Source: Bacilli bacterium (GTDB taxonomy: Bacteria > Bacillota_I > Bacilli_A > RFN20 > CAG-826). Taken from it: a DNA stretch of 26,879 nucleotides. The notes beneath the pieces were generated by a model that ran no database searches, was not told the DNA's origin, and saw only the letters and a program-made list of their open reading frames with translations. The translations under genes and the position numbers were made by a program. Below, piece by piece: positions 25,771-26,879 of the stretch. The first letter of the stretch is position 1. Each line of letters starts with the position of its first letter. Location: contig JBAZDT010000001.1 in NCBI GenBank assembly GCA_041654325.1, positions 1-26,879 on the forward strand, given 5' to 3'.

Positions 25771-26387
25771 TCCTCGCTTTCGTCGAATAATTGTGCGAAA
25801 AGTTCTTTTTCACGATCTTTGCGCATCTTAGATAAAAGTGGTTTGACACTAAAATTCAAATCGTAGGAATCACCGATCAAAAGAAAACCGTCATCTTCCC
25901 CGGATGGGATATTCTCAAGAGAAAGAGTAAAACCGCTCCCCAACTTTTTATTCAATAAGTCGAGAGTGATTTTGACACCTTCTTCATGGCTTGAAAGAGC
26001 GAGGCGATACTTATCGTAGTCGTGTTTTGCGACGCGCATCGTTTCGCTTCCATGAATCTTTTCCTCTTTTATTTGCTGGGCCACAAAAGCCAGCAATTCC
26101 GAACCATCGAGATTTTTGAAGTGCTCATAGACCGCGCCGAAAATATCATCGATTACTTTATTTTTGAGGGCTGAGGTTGATTGGCGCTTTTCAAGCGCGC
26201 TCAAAGCCTGCTTCTGAGCAATCGCATTCTGCATGAAATCTTCGGCTTTGGCGATGATTGCAGCAGCTTCCTTTTCGGCAGACGAAACAATCTTATGCTC
26301 TAGAGCAAAAGCTTCCTTTTCGGCCTCATTGCGAATCTTTTCGCTTTCGGCTTTCCCTTTGTTGGCGATTTTCTCGTAGATGGACAT
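25767..26387 (-). CDS. ntpE: V-type ATPase subunit E
   Basis: N-terminal coiled coil (EAEKEA...AEKEAAAII) and DGFLL...N motif; position between K and C. Confidence 0.85.
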   Translation of the reverse strand: MSIYEKIANKGKAESEKIRNEAEKEAFALEHKIVSSAEKEAAAIIAKAEDFMQNAIAQKQALSALEKRQSTSALKNKVIDDIFGAVYEHFKNLDGSELLAFVAQQIKEEKIHGSETMRVAKHDYDKYRLALSSHEEGVKITLDLLNKKLGSGFTLSLENIPSGEDDGFLLIGDSYDLNFSVKPLLSKMRKDREKELFAQLFDESEE

Positions 26388-26395
26388 GTTGACTC

Positions 26396-26869
26396 CTATA
26401 TCGCCACTGCGCTGTACATCAAAATGCTGACGAGCAACGCTAGAATCGCGTATGTTTCAACAAGGGCGGTCATCGTCATGCCACGCGTCATCAAATCAGG
26501 TTTTTTGCCAGTCATCAAAATCGAGGTGGCCGCAACCTTGCCTTGAGCGATACCGGACAATAATCCGACGATGGCGATCGGCAATGCGGAACCGAGCATC
26601 GCCCAACCTTGCCAATCGGTCATTACCGCAGGTGTACCACCGAGTAAACCGACTTTCTGCAAAATGAGTACGGCGAGCAAAAAGCCATAGATTCCTTGGG
26701 TTCCGGGCAAAGCCTGCAGGACCAAGACGCGACCAAACAGGTCGGGCTTTTCAGCCAACACTCCATTTGCAGCGCGCCCTGCGATGGAAACGCCAATAGC
26801 CGATCCGATGCCCGCCAGGGCAGCCGCCAAAGCGGCGCCAATAATCGATAGAACTAACCCATAAGTCAT
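26396..26869 (-). CDS. ntpK: V-type ATPase subunit K (4-TM proteolipid)
   Basis: GIGSAIGV, LPGTQGIYG, IAQGKVA, LVETYAIL; 157-aa duplicated hairpin. Confidence 0.97.
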   Translation of the reverse strand: MTYGLVLSIIGAALAAALAGIGSAIGVSIAGRAANGVLAEKPDLFGRVLVLQALPGTQGIYGFLLAVLILQKVGLLGGTPAVMTDWQGWAMLGSALPIAIVGLLSGIAQGKVAATSILMTGKKPDLMTRGMTMTALVETYAILALLVSILMYSAVAI

Positions 26870-26879
26870 AATTCTATCT

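Noticed and set aside
418-26841. Remaining alternative-frame and antisense ORFs in the track (e.g. 1526-1915, 5545-5892, 10801-11157, 17164-17601, 20105-20488)
   Set aside because: All overlap confidently identified genes or rnpB and lack independent evidence.
1-26879. UGA=Trp recoding, CRISPR arrays, IS elements, tRNA/rRNA genes, inteins, DnaA-box clusters
   Set aside because: TGA terminates miaB and ntpE. I saw no repeat arrays, transposase motifs or tRNA T-loops; RecA and NtpA are normal length; DnaA-like boxes are isolated and mismatched.

Overview
This window is compact core chromosome from an anaerobic, probably non-sporulating, genome-reduced member of Bacilli. A Mollicutes-adjacent lineage such as RFN20/RF39 is my inference from gene content and synteny. 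It uses the standard code: TGA serves as a stop, e.g. in miaB and ntpE. Nearly all genes are on the minus strand. In transcription order: a V-type ATPase operon with a Na+-binding K subunit (K-E-C-F-A-B-D) plus nnrD; an FMN riboswitch with ribU, convergent with a ferredoxin; a tail-anchored hypothetical-cmk-der-gpsA-HU; a very short CCA-adding enzyme-dnaD-nth, convergent with a DEDDh exonuclease-recU pair; gpsB-rnpB(RNase P RNA)-pgsA-cinA(C-terminal)-recA; and rny-ymdB-miaB-ricA-like-miaA-tcdA-fhs-DUF951-ABC ATPase, which runs off the left edge. I saw no mobile elements, CRISPR arrays, tRNAs or rRNAs. The most interesting signals are a ~201-aa CCA enzyme that ends right after motif E, a ~200-nt structured and switch-like rny leader, GpsB retained where ponA and rodZ are missing from their usual positions, RNase P RNA embedded in a protein-coding operon, and SD-less or leaderless promoters on tRNA-acting genes. 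All family calls come from motif recognition, not database searches.
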